Shown: positions 24,445-37,341, numbered from the stretch's first letter. The stretch: 41,871 nt of DNA from Octopus bimaculoides (GCF_001194135.2 NC_068983.1:139100432-139142302), one strand, 5' to 3'. Made by a program: numbers and translations. The notes: generated from the sequence alone by a model not told the origin.

Positions 24445-24826
24445 TAGCGAGTTTGATCTGGCCTCGTGTAATAGTTATGATAATAAGGCCAAACTAAGAT
24501 TTGGTAAACAGAAGCTGAAATAAATCGTCGTAAATAGGTGAAGGAGTACACCGCGACACTATTTCTTTTCCTCAACAGGCCCTGCCCTGATCAAAGAGGA
24601 AAAGGATCCCATACCTTTAAACGGAGTCTGACAAATTTCCTCAAGGAATACCAGATAAGCTACCTCTACCTGGATACAACTCAGTAAACAAGAACTCACT
24701 ACTTGAATGGATCATGTTAGCATAAAACCTGACTTTAAAAGGATTTAGATAATCCTATCAGGTGGTGCTATTAAGTTAGATATGGCCTGGACCAATTTTG
24801 GTCGAAACATCTAATTTTACTTAAGT
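24445..24826 (+). mobile_element. CR1-like LINE 3' end
   Basis: STGPAL/IKEEKDP, then frameshifted KRSLTNFL-IPDKLPLPGYNSVNKNSLLEW (CR1/Crack-type ORF2 C-terminus). 3' UTR with stem-loop GACC AATTTT GGTC. Confidence 0.78.
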
Positions 24827-25095
24827 TTATATATATNNNNNNNNNNNNNNNNNNNNNNNNNNNNNNNNNNNNNNNNNNNNNNNNNNNNNNNNNNNNNNNN
24901 NNNNNNNNNNNNNNNNNNNNNNNNNNNNNNNNNNNNNNNNNNNNNNNNNNNNNNNNNNNNNNNNNNNNNNNNNNNNNNNNNNNNNNNNNNNNNNNNNNNN
25001 NNNGAAAAGGTAAAACAACAAAAGAAGGAGACCTTGATGTTATATAAATAGAGGAATTTATCTGTAAATAAATGTGACTTTTATTCGGTAGCCAT

Positions 25096-25156
25096 GATAA
25101 AACTCCGAGTTTCGGATGTCGGGGCGGAAACCCACGCCGCCATCTCTTCAGTTTTC
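25096..25156 (-). ncRNA. Type I hammerhead ribozyme, intact catalytic core
   Basis: Minus strand GAAAA CUGAAGA GAUGGCGGCGUGG GUUU CCGCCCCGACAUC C GAAA CUC G GAG U U UUAUC. Stem I 4/5 bp, stem II 11/13 bp with an extra C before GAAA, near-palindromic stem III ACUC-G-GAGU, GUU triplet. Confidence 0.78.
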
Positions 25157-25844
25157 TGGTCAGCGAAAAAGTGCTATGAAAATGACCGTTAAACAAAGGG
25201 AAATTACTATGTGATTGACCGTTATTAAGACAAAAGAGGTATTAGAATAACCGCTAAGTGAGCGGTGGGAGTAAAGGTAAGGGAGTAAAGATGTCCATAG
25301 TATTCGCGTAAGCGCACCAGTCCATACATGCACATGTCACCAGCACACCCACGTACATGTGCCTATATGTATATACTCATCCACCCTAATTTTTTTTACA
25401 CTTTTTTCTGTAGTTTGCCTTTAGCCCTGTTTTTCCTTGTGTATATATATTTTCCTGTTTTTTCTTGTGTATATAGACGTGTGTATCAACCTTTTTTGCG
25501 CGCGTGTGTATCTGTGTGAACGTGTTGCGCGTGTTTGTGTGTGCGAGCGTGTATGCGGGTATGTATATATATTTTTGGGCGAATGCGTGGGTGAGTATGT
25601 GTGTTTCAAATGAGGGTGAATGAGTATATACATATAGGCGCATGAACAGTGGGTGTGCGGGCACACATGAGTATGTATGGCCTGGTGCGCTTATGCGAAT
25701 ACTATGGATATTCTTACTCCCTTACCTTTACTCCCTCCCCTCACTTAGCTTCATTCTAATAGCTCTTTTGTCTTAATAACAGTCAATCACAGAGTAATTT
25801 CCCTTTGTTTAACTGTCATTTTCATAGCATTTTTTCGATGGCTA

Positions 25845-25905
25845 GATAACTGAAGAGGTGGCAGCGTAGGTTTCCTCCCCGACATCCGATACTCGGAGTT
25901 TTATC
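25845..25905 (+). ncRNA. Type I hammerhead ribozyme copy with GAAA->GAUA core substitution
   Basis: GATAA CTGAAGA GGTGGCAGCGTAGGTTTCCTCCCCGACATCC GATA CTC G GAG T T TTATC. Perfect 5-bp stem I, mutated core A at 25890. Confidence 0.72.
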
Positions 25906-25964
25906 ATGGCTACCGAATAATTGTCACATTTATTTACACACACACACCACACACACACACACAG

Positions 25965-26038
<74 letters not shown>

Positions 26039-27573
26039 ATAATCAAAGATTTCACAGAAGGACGTATAGTTTTAAATATCCACCACGGCTAGTGTTACCA
26101 TATTTCNNNNNNNNNNNNNNNNNNNNNNNNNNNNNNNNNNNNNNNNNNNNNNNNNNNNNNNNNNNNNNNNNNNNNNNNNNNNNNNNNNNNNNNNNNNNNN
26201 NNNNNNNNNNNNNNNNNNNNNNNNNNNNNNNNNNNNNNNNNNNNNNNNNNNNNNNNNNNNNNNNNNNNNNNNNNNNNNNNNNNNNNNNNNNNNNNNNNNN
26301 NNNNNNNNNNNNNNNNNNNNNNNNNNNNNNNNNNNNNNNNNNNNNNNNNNNNNNNNNNNNNNNNNNNNNNNNNNNNNNNNNNNNNNNNNNNNNNNNNNNN
26401 NNNNNNNNNNNNNNNNNNNNNNNNNNNNNNNNNNNNNNNNNNNNNNNNNNNNNNNNNNNNNNNNNNNNNNNNNNNNNNNNNNNNNNNNNNNNNNNNNNNN
26501 NNNNNNNNNNNNNNNNNNNNNNNNNNNNNNNNNNNNNNNNNNNNNNNNNNNNNNNNNNNNNNNNNNNNNNNNNNNNNNNNNNNNNNNNNNNNNNNNNNNN
26601 NNNNNNNNNNNNNNNNNNNNNNNNNNNNNNNNNNNNNNNNNNNNNNNNNNNNNNNNNNNNNNNNNNNNNNNNNNNNNNNNNNNNNNNNNNNNNNNNNNNN
26701 NNNNNNNNNNNNNNNNNNNNNNNNNNNNNNNNNNNNNNNNNATATATATATATATAGACAAATATCTATATGGAGAATGTGATGCACCATAAATTCTTAA
26801 TTTATTAACATTATCTCTGCACTTAGACGTGAGATTATCACAAATTGCGATAAAAAATATATGCCAAACCAGGGGATACCGTCTCAAAGATCAGTATCTC
26901 TCTAATGTTGGCACGTTATATAACAACATTATGTAACAACAGAAAGATAATGTCTAGAGATAGAACTGTCATGGACACGTGTTTCTGCCCCAATAGGTAT
27001 CAGTAGTATGACTGTTGTCCAACATTATCTCCAGTATCCCAGGGACGTAAACATAGCTCATTATGGCCAATGTCATATATACATATACACATATATGCAC
27101 ATATAAATACATACATACGTACATATTTATTGCCGTTTATACAGCACAGATTGAAAAAAACTGATGATTTATCTCAATCAACTTTTGAATCAGAGATGTC
27201 TACACCAACTGACCAAACACATAGTAAAAAGCAGCCATTGCGTTTATATATTCAACTTATTCAGTAGTCACAGACAACTAGAACAACTAATTTGCTTACC
27301 GTAGATAGTGATAAAGAAAGTGTGTGATAGATGAATAGACAGAGAAATAGACAGAAAGAGAGTGTATGGAAACAGAAATTCCAAAAGATATAGAGACAGG
27401 CAAACAGTCAGACAATCAGACAGGTATATATATATATATATATATANNNNNNNNNNNNNNNNNNNNNNNNNNNNNNNNNNNNNNNNNNNNNNNNNNNNNN
27501 NNNNNNNNNNNNNNNNNNNNNNNNNNNNNNNNNNNNNNNNNNNNNNNNNNNNNNNNNNNNNNNNNNNNNNNNN

Positions 27574-27639
<66 letters not shown>
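27574..27639. repeat. (GATA)n microsatellite
   Basis: Direct reading; abuts an assembly gap. Confidence 0.95.
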
Positions 27640-27640
<1 letters not shown>

Positions 27641-28088
27641 TGATGGGTAAACAAACAAACCGGGACAGAGAGTTTGTAAGCAGACCAGACATCATTTTGC
27701 TGTTCTCGCTAAGTCACTGGCTCAAGTCAGAAGGATTCTTTGAAATTCATTTCATTCAACCTACTGAAGTATTTCGAGATTCTGTTTTCGCTTTGAGAGT
27801 TTATGAAGCTTGAGTGAATCTAATATTTTCAGCAATTACATATTACATATTATATAACTGAAATAGTTTCCATTGTAAAACGCAGGCATGTACTCATCAC
27901 TTGCTTATCCATCCACACACACTCATGGGCACGCACGTAAACACATAGGAGTTCTCACAGCGTCTTTGTGCAAATCACTTCCTAACGTTCCAAATGTATA
28001 TTCTCATAGACAATAATTTAAAGACTGCGTGAGATTGTCTACATTTGTTGCTGATTCAGAAACAAAGACTATTGTTTTTCACTTTCAG

Positions 28089-28124
28089 GTTCACAACACT
28101 TTCAGAATCATCTCAGGAATATCT
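28089..28124 (+). CDS. Candidate 36-nt micro-exon of an unidentified gene
   Basis: Acceptor TTGTTTTTCACTTTCAG and donor CT|GTAAGTAC. Length is divisible by 3 and all three frames are open. No homology recognised; could be chance. Confidence 0.33.
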
Positions 28125-28940
28125 GTAAGTACACAATTGCTCTACATTCTATGCACGATAATAAAAGAGACTCCCAGAATCTATTGCACATATCTATGTC
28201 TATGCCATAGATATGTCAGCTGTCACATATATATGTCTTTGCATAGATATGCCAGCAGTCTCTATCGATATAAAGGGAAACAGTGAATAATCAACTATTT
28301 GTGTTGGAGGTAGTCGCTTGGTTGTTTACAAAAAAACCTATTATATGAAACAAATCAGTATGAGATTGAAGTAGTCATTTATATAATATACTTGTAAATA
28401 CATCGTAATTTGTTCATTTGAAGGAATATTGTATCACAGAAATACCTCAAGAATTGGCTTGCCTTAAATACTTCCATAAAATTTAGTAGCAGTATTGTAG
28501 GATAGGAATAAAGCAATTACAACATAGCCTCGAATATAAGGAACATGTAGCATGCGTTACTCTAGTGAGGAGGTTAATTCATATCTGGTTGTAAAGATAA
28601 ATGAGTGGTAAATATTATGTCGAACACATTGATGCAAGCCCCTGTATATGATCGTGTTTGCAAACTGAGGGAGAAGAAAAACAATGATAATATACAAAAT
28701 GAGGAGAAATAATGGGTTGCGAATGAAAAAGGTTGACAAAGAGCTCAAAGCAAGACATCATGAAAAAATATATTCATTATACAAATTTAAATTGGATATT
28801 TGAAATAATGGCTGATGCGCACATCGTTATTACTCCCTACCCTAAAGGCTATGGTGTCTCATTAATGAGGTTGTCGCTATACAAAGAAACAAACACACAC
28901 ACGTAAAAAGAATGCATAAATCTCAAGAAATATCACTGTT

Positions 28941-28990
<50 letters not shown>

Positions 28991-29011
28991 TGTGTGTGTG
29001 CGTGCGAGCGC

Positions 29012-29049
<38 letters not shown>

Positions 29050-29348
29050 GCATATAGAAATAATTTATTTTCAGTTTTCATTTATCTTTCAAAGTGTTAA
29101 ATGTTTCGCCTCGCAATTGTCACCTGGTCCGTGAAACACTTGTTTCTTCATAGTCGGTATTTGGATTGGCAAATTTCCCACGTTTTTNNNNNNNNNNNNN
29201 NNNNNNNNNNNNNNNNNNNNNNNNNNNNNNNNNNNNNNNNNNNNNNNNNNNNNNNNNNNNNNNNNNNNNNNNNNNNNNNNNNNNNNNNNNNNNNNNNNNN
29301 NNNNNNNNNNNNNNNNNNNNNNNNNNNNNNNNNNNNNNNNNNNNNNNN

Positions 29349-29405
<57 letters not shown>

Positions 29406-29420
29406 ACACGTACCTATATT

Positions 29421-29451
<31 letters not shown>

Positions 29452-29751
29452 CATTGTGCTTGCGTATATAATTTCACACGCACATACACACTGGCAAGCT
29501 TACTCACATATTAATTGCGGGCGAGGACACCGGCTTTCCTTACACAACCATAATGTACGACCAAATATATGAAAGGCTTATATATCAATACCGTGTCCCT
29601 GCCGTGTTAACAGAGCAATTCAACTACTTTTTAAAGTTATTTCTTCAGATTTTCTTTAGAAATTAAAACCAGCTCTGGAATTTACAGTGTTTCGATAACG
29701 AATACGTCCATGTAAACACAGTGAACGCAGACACAAACATAGGTATTGAGT

Positions 29752-29795
29752 GTATGAACATATTTCGGAAGCACTTGCTCCTTCTTCAGCTTCAC
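29752..29795 (-). ncRNA. Type I hammerhead ribozyme motif, intact core, eroded stem I
   Basis: Minus strand GUGAAG CUGAAGA A GGAGC AAGU GCUUCC GAAA U AU GUU CAUAC. Stem II 5 bp with one bulge, minimal stem III, GUU triplet, stem I only partly paired. Confidence 0.62.
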
Positions 29796-29987
29796 ATGCC
29801 ACCCATTTATCTTCCGCGAAAACATTGCTTAAATAGCTACCAAATATTGCACTGTAAAACAATTGAATACATCAATTTTACATATCAAATACATTTTCCT
29901 CAAGTGGTATGTACATATTAATTGTCATGAATATGTTTAATATATAAAATTAGTGTATCCAATTGTTTTGCACCGCTATATTTGCAG

Positions 29988-30066
29988 GTTATTTAAGCAA
30001 TGTGTTCCTGAAATAGTTACTGGGTTGGATGTGGTAGTAAAGAAGGAGCAAAATCTTCTAAAATAT
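29988..30066 (+). CDS. Candidate exon of an unidentified gene
   Basis: Acceptor CTATATTTGCAG; frame LFKQCVPEIVTGLDVVVKKEQNLLKY; weak donor TAT|GTATAG. Phase-compatible with 28089-28124. No homology recognised. Confidence 0.22.
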
Positions 30067-30548
30067 GTATAGACACACATTGCCTATTTTCAATCTTCAA
30101 TCGCATTGTTTACATGGATGTATTGGTATAGAAAAGAGTGTAACTGCTTGTGCGTTCCCTATAGTGTCTATAGAAAATCTGTAGAGATAACCTTCAAAAA
30201 TGACTTTGGCACATATGTGAATTCCATGCGATCTAGTGTTCTGTCTCTGAAGCTCCTTCGTACAGATGCAGCTTAGTCACAATCCTAAAGATTATACTAA
30301 AAGTCAGTACAATTCTATGCATAGTTTATTCATTTTAATTAATTTCATGTTCAGGAACTGCATTCAAATCAATCTAGAGAGAAAATTCGTGTGCCGATTG
30401 GGGTGAAGGAAAATATACAGGTTTCAACAGTTAGAAGTGTGTAAACCGGAAACTTGCACAGATATGGCAAGGGACATTACTCGCTTCATTTTCAATATAT
30501 ATGATTATGGATTAAACTCTGTCTGCCTCTGTCTGTCTGTCTGTCTGC

Positions 30549-30627
<79 letters not shown>

Positions 30628-32346
30628 CATACATATATATATATTTCTATATATACATATATAGATACACACATATAAGTAGATATATGCATATATATAC
30701 ATGAATATATGTAGATATACATACCTACACATATATACACATGTATATTGTCCTCTCAGTATTTGAATAAAGTCATCTATGATAGTTTGTTGATGCTGTT
30801 AAAAAATGCCTTTCACCTTGCACTATGAGGTGTGTAACTTTTAACAAGGTCACACTTTCTCCTGAATATACAGAAGAGCAAAATTTTCCTCACGCCCATT
30901 TTCATCTGAGATCGTACATGTAGCACAAATTAAATAGGCTTTCTTAATTACCCCGGTAATTCCCTACTTAAATATTACAGAATTTAAACAGAGATATATT
31001 CAGAGGATTGTTGAGAATATGTATGATAAAATAAATGATTAAACATAAAAGAGGTGTTCTGATCACTAATCAGTTTTTTAGTATCCTAGAAGCAACTTGT
31101 AGAAGTGTTGACAATTTATAAACAGTTCTAATTTTTAGCAGCTGTACACAATGTTGGACGATTTAGATTCAGTAATTCATTTCTCTCTAAGATGGCCACT
31201 TGATGTTGAAATTAATTTCATCAAGTTTTAAGTGTCAGATATGACATGATATTGTTTTCCTCCTGCCTTTGTACCTGAAAGCTACTGTTTAGTTGACTTC
31301 ATGTTGCTTAGTCAGCATTCCATCACACCAATATAGTTTTTCTGCAATAACCTATGGTTCAATTCATATATTTTCCCTATATATTGCATGACTCATTGAT
31401 TGGTCGCTCTTTGACGATTCTGCACGTTCATTCTAGTTTCTCTACATTTTATCAGCTTCTGTGTAATAATTTCATTCGTATTTAGTGTACAGTTGTAAGT
31501 TATATCGGCTGTGCTTAATGAAAATGGGGTTAGCAACTAAAGCAATTTTCTTCGTAGACAAGACTGAACATTTCTCTCTACTGTTGTTATCACGAAGTTC
31601 TTTTCTAAATATAAAGTTATTGAAGTGTGTGGTTGGTCTCTGAAAATTTTATGTATATTTTTTGTACATCATTGTCTGCGAACTACGATAATTGGTGATC
31701 GTTTTACAATTTAATGAAAAGTACATAATGGATGTTTAGAATATATTTGTTATACAATATAGTGTTTATCTCATTACTTCATAATTTTAGACAAATTATC
31801 ATCTTTTAGTTAACCATGTTGCAATAAACAGCAAGTATTTCGAAATCTTTAAACGAATTTTACTTCGTTATTTTGTATTTCTTATTGATATATATATATA
31901 TTGAATTAGAGCAAGAGGTATGTTGAAATGATGGAAAGGGACTGTAAACATACATTTTGATTAAAATCTGTTTATTATTGTAGATTTCAAATAACATTAA
32001 GAAAAATAAAAATCTCAATGAAAGTCGATATCTAAGATATTGTTTACTTTCAACTCAATTTAGTAAATTTAACAAATTCTAAAAAAAAAAAGAGACAGAT
32101 TTAACCGTTGTATATCACTGTGTATCATATTACATTTTACTCATTTTCTTTCCTATTATAAAATTCAATGCGGTCTGTAAAAGAAAGCCAAAAAGACAGC
32201 CTACAATACACTCTTAGCTTTATTGTTAGCTTTCGGAAGAAACTAGGAACAGTGGTGTGTTATAGATAAACTCCCAAACCTTATCGTTTAAAACATTAAT
32301 TCTTTTTAATCCATTGAAATTTACTATAATTATTAAAGCATCGAAT

Positions 32347-32348
<2 letters not shown>

Positions 32349-32411
<63 letters not shown>
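32349..32411. repeat. (CA)n microsatellite
   Basis: Direct reading. Confidence 0.95.
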
Positions 32412-32416
<5 letters not shown>

Positions 32417-32697
32417 TACGCACACACGCGCACACACGCATGAGCGCGCACACACACAAAAACAATTACAGCTCAATGAGATGATGTGCAAACTATATAT
32501 ATGTGTGTGTGTGTGCGTGTATGCGCATGTGTGTGTATGTATCATTTATATATGATCGCATTGAGCTCTAATTATAAAATAAATTTTACAGCGAAGTAGC
32601 CATTACAAAGAAGTAGATGTGGTAATATATCTTTCTGTTGGAAGATTTAAAGTTCTCTAACATCAATTGGCTCGAAAATAAGATATTTTCAGGCCCC

Positions 32698-32830
32698 AGA
32701 AAAGTCATGGAGCGCGTTATCAAAAAGAAGCTGATCACGTTTCTACTAGAAAACAGCTTGCTCGTTTTCTGATGCGCATCAAAGCTTCTGTCGAAAAAGG
32801 TTTCTTACTCGGATAATACGGCATTACGAT
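32698..32830 (+). mobile_element. CR1/Jockey-type LINE reverse transcriptase fragment
   Basis: KVMERVIKKKLITFLLENSLL, frameshift, SDAHQSFCRKRFLT. Resembles RT subdomain 2 KVMERII...L..N.LLSD.QHGFR..RSCLT. Confidence 0.72.
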
Positions 32831-33192
32831 TGGATACTGAAACAACAGCAGAGTCATCTAAAGATAGTTTCTAACGTAAGTAGTTGTATTTACTAATTAA
32901 TCTTTATTCTAGACTATTAACTCGCATTTCGCATAGAATATGTTTCATTATATTAGGATTGACAGGGGTATATTTTACATTAAATTATTACAATATAATT
33001 TCTATAATATTTATTTGGATATATTATAAGATTTGATGTTTCTAATTTAATCGTTAAAATTTCCTTAGTTAGAGCATTTTCAATATATATCTTAATTGTA
33101 GTTAATATTTTAAAAGATATATAATTTTCATTTTTAATATAATTTTTTAACTTTTAATTTTTAACATTTACCTGTACATAATAATAATATAC

Positions 33193-33276
33193 GTTGCCTG
33201 AGGACGCACTGGGGGATTTATGTATTAAGTATAGCCTTAGTACACACCCAACCAGTGCAGAAACACGTGTAGCGAG
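33193..33276 (+). ncRNA. Type I minimal hammerhead ribozyme (Penelope-type), intact core
   Basis: GTTGC (33193-97) CTGAGGA (33198-204) C GCACTGG..loop..CCAGTGC A GAAA (33260-63) C ACGT GTA GCGAG. 7-bp stem II, 2-bp stem III with palindromic ACGU loop, GUA triplet, 4-bp stem I including one G-U. The closing pair 10.1/11.1 is a C-A mismatch. Confidence 0.82.
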
Positions 33277-33590
33277 TACTTGTACTAACGTCTTTCTCCA
33301 CAGATTAATAACAGGTATAATATATATATATTTAAATAATTTTATTTTATGTCATTTTAATTATTTGATTTGATTTAATTTTCTCCGTCTGTACCATACC
33401 ATGAGGTTATCTTGAAGTAGTAGTTGCTTATTTATTGGTAAATAACCCAAATTTGTAATAATAATATTATAAAACATACCTTCTACATTTCATTAGAAAA
33501 GTGTAAATTAGTAAACTTCCTGATAACCTAGAATGATTGTTATTCCCTAATATATTATAAATATATGTATATATATATATATATTATAAG

Positions 33591-33659
<69 letters not shown>

Positions 33660-33983
33660 ATTGATATATCATATATCTATCTATATATATATATATGTAT
33701 TGATATATCATATATCTATATATATATATATATCCACATATATGTAAAAATGTATGTATATATAGATGCGTGTATATATATATATGCATATATACATCTA
33801 CATGCGTACGTTTCTACACGTGCATCTATATACATATGTTTTGTAGGTATGTTGTCAGTTAAAAATCTACTATCATATATATTCTCTAAATAACGTTTCA
33901 AGTGCTCTTTTTTATTTGGAATCATAGGCATACATACATTTATACATACATTCATGTATACATGTATACATAGATACATATGT

Positions 33984-34022
<39 letters not shown>

Positions 34023-37000
34023 TCTGCGTGCTTATGTGTATTCAAAGGAAAACGAATTTTTTGTATAGTGTCCATGAATATGTGAATGCACAAGATTGTT
34101 TAAGTTGAAACTGTGCGCCAATAAATTAATACATAAATATATAATAAAATATTGTGACGACATTATATTAGATAGTTTTGGGGGTCTGTATATAATATAT
34201 AATTTTCACAAACAAACGATGCACATACATTCCTATACAACATTTGAATTGAGTATAAAACAAATAAACATCATTAGGATATGTACGTATATCTTCTAAA
34301 GAATTCAATTGAAGCGAAATCAATATATATCAATCACTCGCTAACACAAATATATAAACGTGATTTATACACAGATACAATACACAAAAAGATACACGAA
34401 AGACACGAAAAAAGAAAAAGAAATACTTCAAACTGCAAAGAAATGTTATATTCAAATTGCTTTCCTCATTAAAACATTTTTCTGGAATGTTTACAAACTA
34501 AAGGAGTTCAAGAAAAAATCACAAGGACAATATAAAATCAATTGCGGATAAGCAAGTATAAATTGGAAAATAGCATAGAAAAAAGATAAATAATATACCT
34601 CTTACTAAATGGTTGAATAACCGGAATAGTTTTAGAAGATATTTCTGTATATACAGACTCGCACGCACAAATGAATACGCACAAATATACACACACAAAG
34701 ACACATATACGTACAAACAAATATATACTCAAACTGCATGCATACAAACGCATATATATATATATATATATGTGCATATATATATATGCATATCTATATA
34801 TAATTATATGTGCATCCAAACATATTTATATGCGTATATGTCGTCCTAGAAACGAATATTTAATGTCTATTATTCTATCCAGTGGAATCCATTGTCATGC
34901 CACTCTGTCTTTCCGGTTTCTTTCTTCTGTCTGCCCATGTATGTTTGCTAGTGTGAATTTATGAAAATGTGCGTGTGTGCTTGTATGTGATTCTTTGGAG
35001 CGGTGTCTACAAAGTCCATTAACCACTGAAAGTCCCATTGGTGTGTTTGATAGGATAAAGAACAAAGAGGATAACACGTAAGATGTCTGGACAGCTATAA
35101 AACTGAATATAAGTTATCGACAAGATTGCCATCATCAAATAGATAAAATTATAAATTGTTGCCATTTAGCATGTCATATTGGAGTATACAGTTCCTGCAA
35201 AACAAAATGATGGAACGGCTCCGACAACACCATTGGTATATGAGAGGTGATATGGGATCAACATATGTATATATATATATATATATTGAATAAGATAAAG
35301 TCAACAAGAAGGAGTACGGTGGGACAGTTATTTTCCAATCATGATACATGTTTCCATACAACATAGCTCTTCATATATACAGGAATTTGGTTATGGACCG
35401 GTTTACATGTATAGTGGGATTCAGTTGTATTTCTTCAAGTGATATTCAATTGCTGTCCCCGTTAGTTACAAAATCTTCGACTTGGATGCTAACACATTCA
35501 TCTGCCCTGTTTGAATTCAGTAGACGCTGGCATTCTATTTGCTGTTAACGTGCTTCTACGTGTCTGCTATGAGTGGTATTGAATACATTGGCTGTTTATT
35601 TTGTTCCTCATGTTAGGCTGCACATGTAAAATTTTATAATGCGACCTTCAGTATTCGTTGGTTCAGAGACACACACAGCTTCTCCCATATATGTATTCCT
35701 GTGTACATGCCCAAATATACACGTAGATACACTCTATGTTGTGCTCTGTCTGCGTTCCATGATTACAACTGACTGCACCACTAACATATTAACACTCAAA
35801 ATTATGGGATGAAAATCACCAGACCGCGTTTGAGTGTATACCTGATCAATTATTTAAAGCAACAAGTGATTTTTGCTAGAAGACAAAATATTTTGGGAAA
35901 TATAAAGTTTCAACAATGGAGACAGGTGTCAGATCCCCATTTCACTCTTCATACTACTTGGTTTTATATTTGTGTAATTTGGTCAGAAGAGGTTGAATAA
36001 CAATGATGCAAGAAAAAAAAAATAGAATCTACCTACGATAATTATATTCTAAAATCAAAACGTATATCAGTGTTTGTTGCGTTGAGTGTTTTTTATAATT
36101 ACATTTTATTTTAACTGTGCATGTTCTAGTGGCATTAATTCGAACAATACCAGGTATATTTTAATTGTGGCTATAGACCTAAAACATAATTACTCCTCCA
36201 AAAGTACCATAGTATCTATTCAATCACTTAGTTATTATGACAACACTTATGAAAAACAGTCATCTTTTCCTGAAACTATAATATCGTTTAACACATCTTG
36301 TAATATTTATATTGTTTTCTAATTAGAGTAGCCTTAAAATTATTCAGATATATTTTCCTATTTCTAGTGCTACCTCATCTCTCACGTGTAACGGACAGAA
36401 AAATTGCTTCGCAAGAATATGTTCATTAATAAGTATTTAGTTACATTTCAAATAAAATTGAAGAAAACAGATTTTTCTATTGTTTAGGAAGTAAAAGTAT
36501 ACCGAGATTCGAAACGGTTACAGTATATTACGTTGTTCTAATGCACTTCTTGTGATTGAAATTGGTGTTTATATAAAAAAAAGTCAGTTGGGCTAGAAAA
36601 GTTAACGAATGAAGTTTTATAATCAATAACAGCGAAATACACGGAGAATTTCCATTTCTATGAGAAAATTTGAATATCCTTTTCATTAGGTTTTCAATAT
36701 CTTTTGGTTTGCTACAAAACAAAGTAGATTTATGACATTTGCCAGCGTATAATTTGATTACGATACAATAAATATATATAACATTCAAAGGTTCGGCGAA
36801 TTTAGCTGTTAATGTAATGCTAAAACGAAACTTTAAATTCTCGTTAGAATAACTAAATCCGAACGAAAAAATAAAATAATAATAATAATAGTAATAACAA
36901 CAACAACAACAACAACAACAAATAAAACGAAAGTGAATTACGTCTAGTACAGATTCTTAAGTTACTATATTATTTTAGTTTCACGTGTGATTTGACAATT

Positions 37001-37340
37001 TATTTAAGTTTCCCTCAAATTAACTGGTAGCTGATACAGACATCTCTTTTTATGTTCGAATAAAATTTGTTCTTTGACGCGATTCGGCAATATTTACTGA
37101 TTTACATTTGAAATTTTGTCACTTAGTCTAGCTTTTAATGCAATATTGTTGAATATACATCGTGTGAAGATCTTACTGAATTCTAAGCAATTATACGAAT
37201 AAAGGTGCTTGTTTCTATTCCCCATTTTATATAAATCATTGCTTTATTTAGATACAAAATTCATTACTCTAGAATATCATCAATGTAGAGTGTGACACAA
37301 GAGGTTGCTAGTATCAAATCTTGATTGACTTCTGTTTAGC

Positions 37341-37341
<1 letters not shown>

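Larger units (their letters stand above)
25063..25938. repeat. Inverted duplication of an HHR-bearing unit of about 325 bp (arms 25063-25387 and 25613-25938, 225-bp spacer)
   Basis: The arms align end to end as reverse complements with scattered substitutions (roughly 85-90% identity by eye, not computed). Confidence 0.92.

Noticed and set aside
24786-24812. GACC AATTTT GGTC GAAAC resembling HHR stem II plus GAAAC
   Set aside because: There is no CUGANGA upstream; better read as the CR1-like LINE 3' UTR stem-loop.
35806-35880. WDENHQTAFE, similar to the Gypsy RT-RNase H linker
   Set aside because: Ten residues only, with no flanking RT or RNase H motifs.
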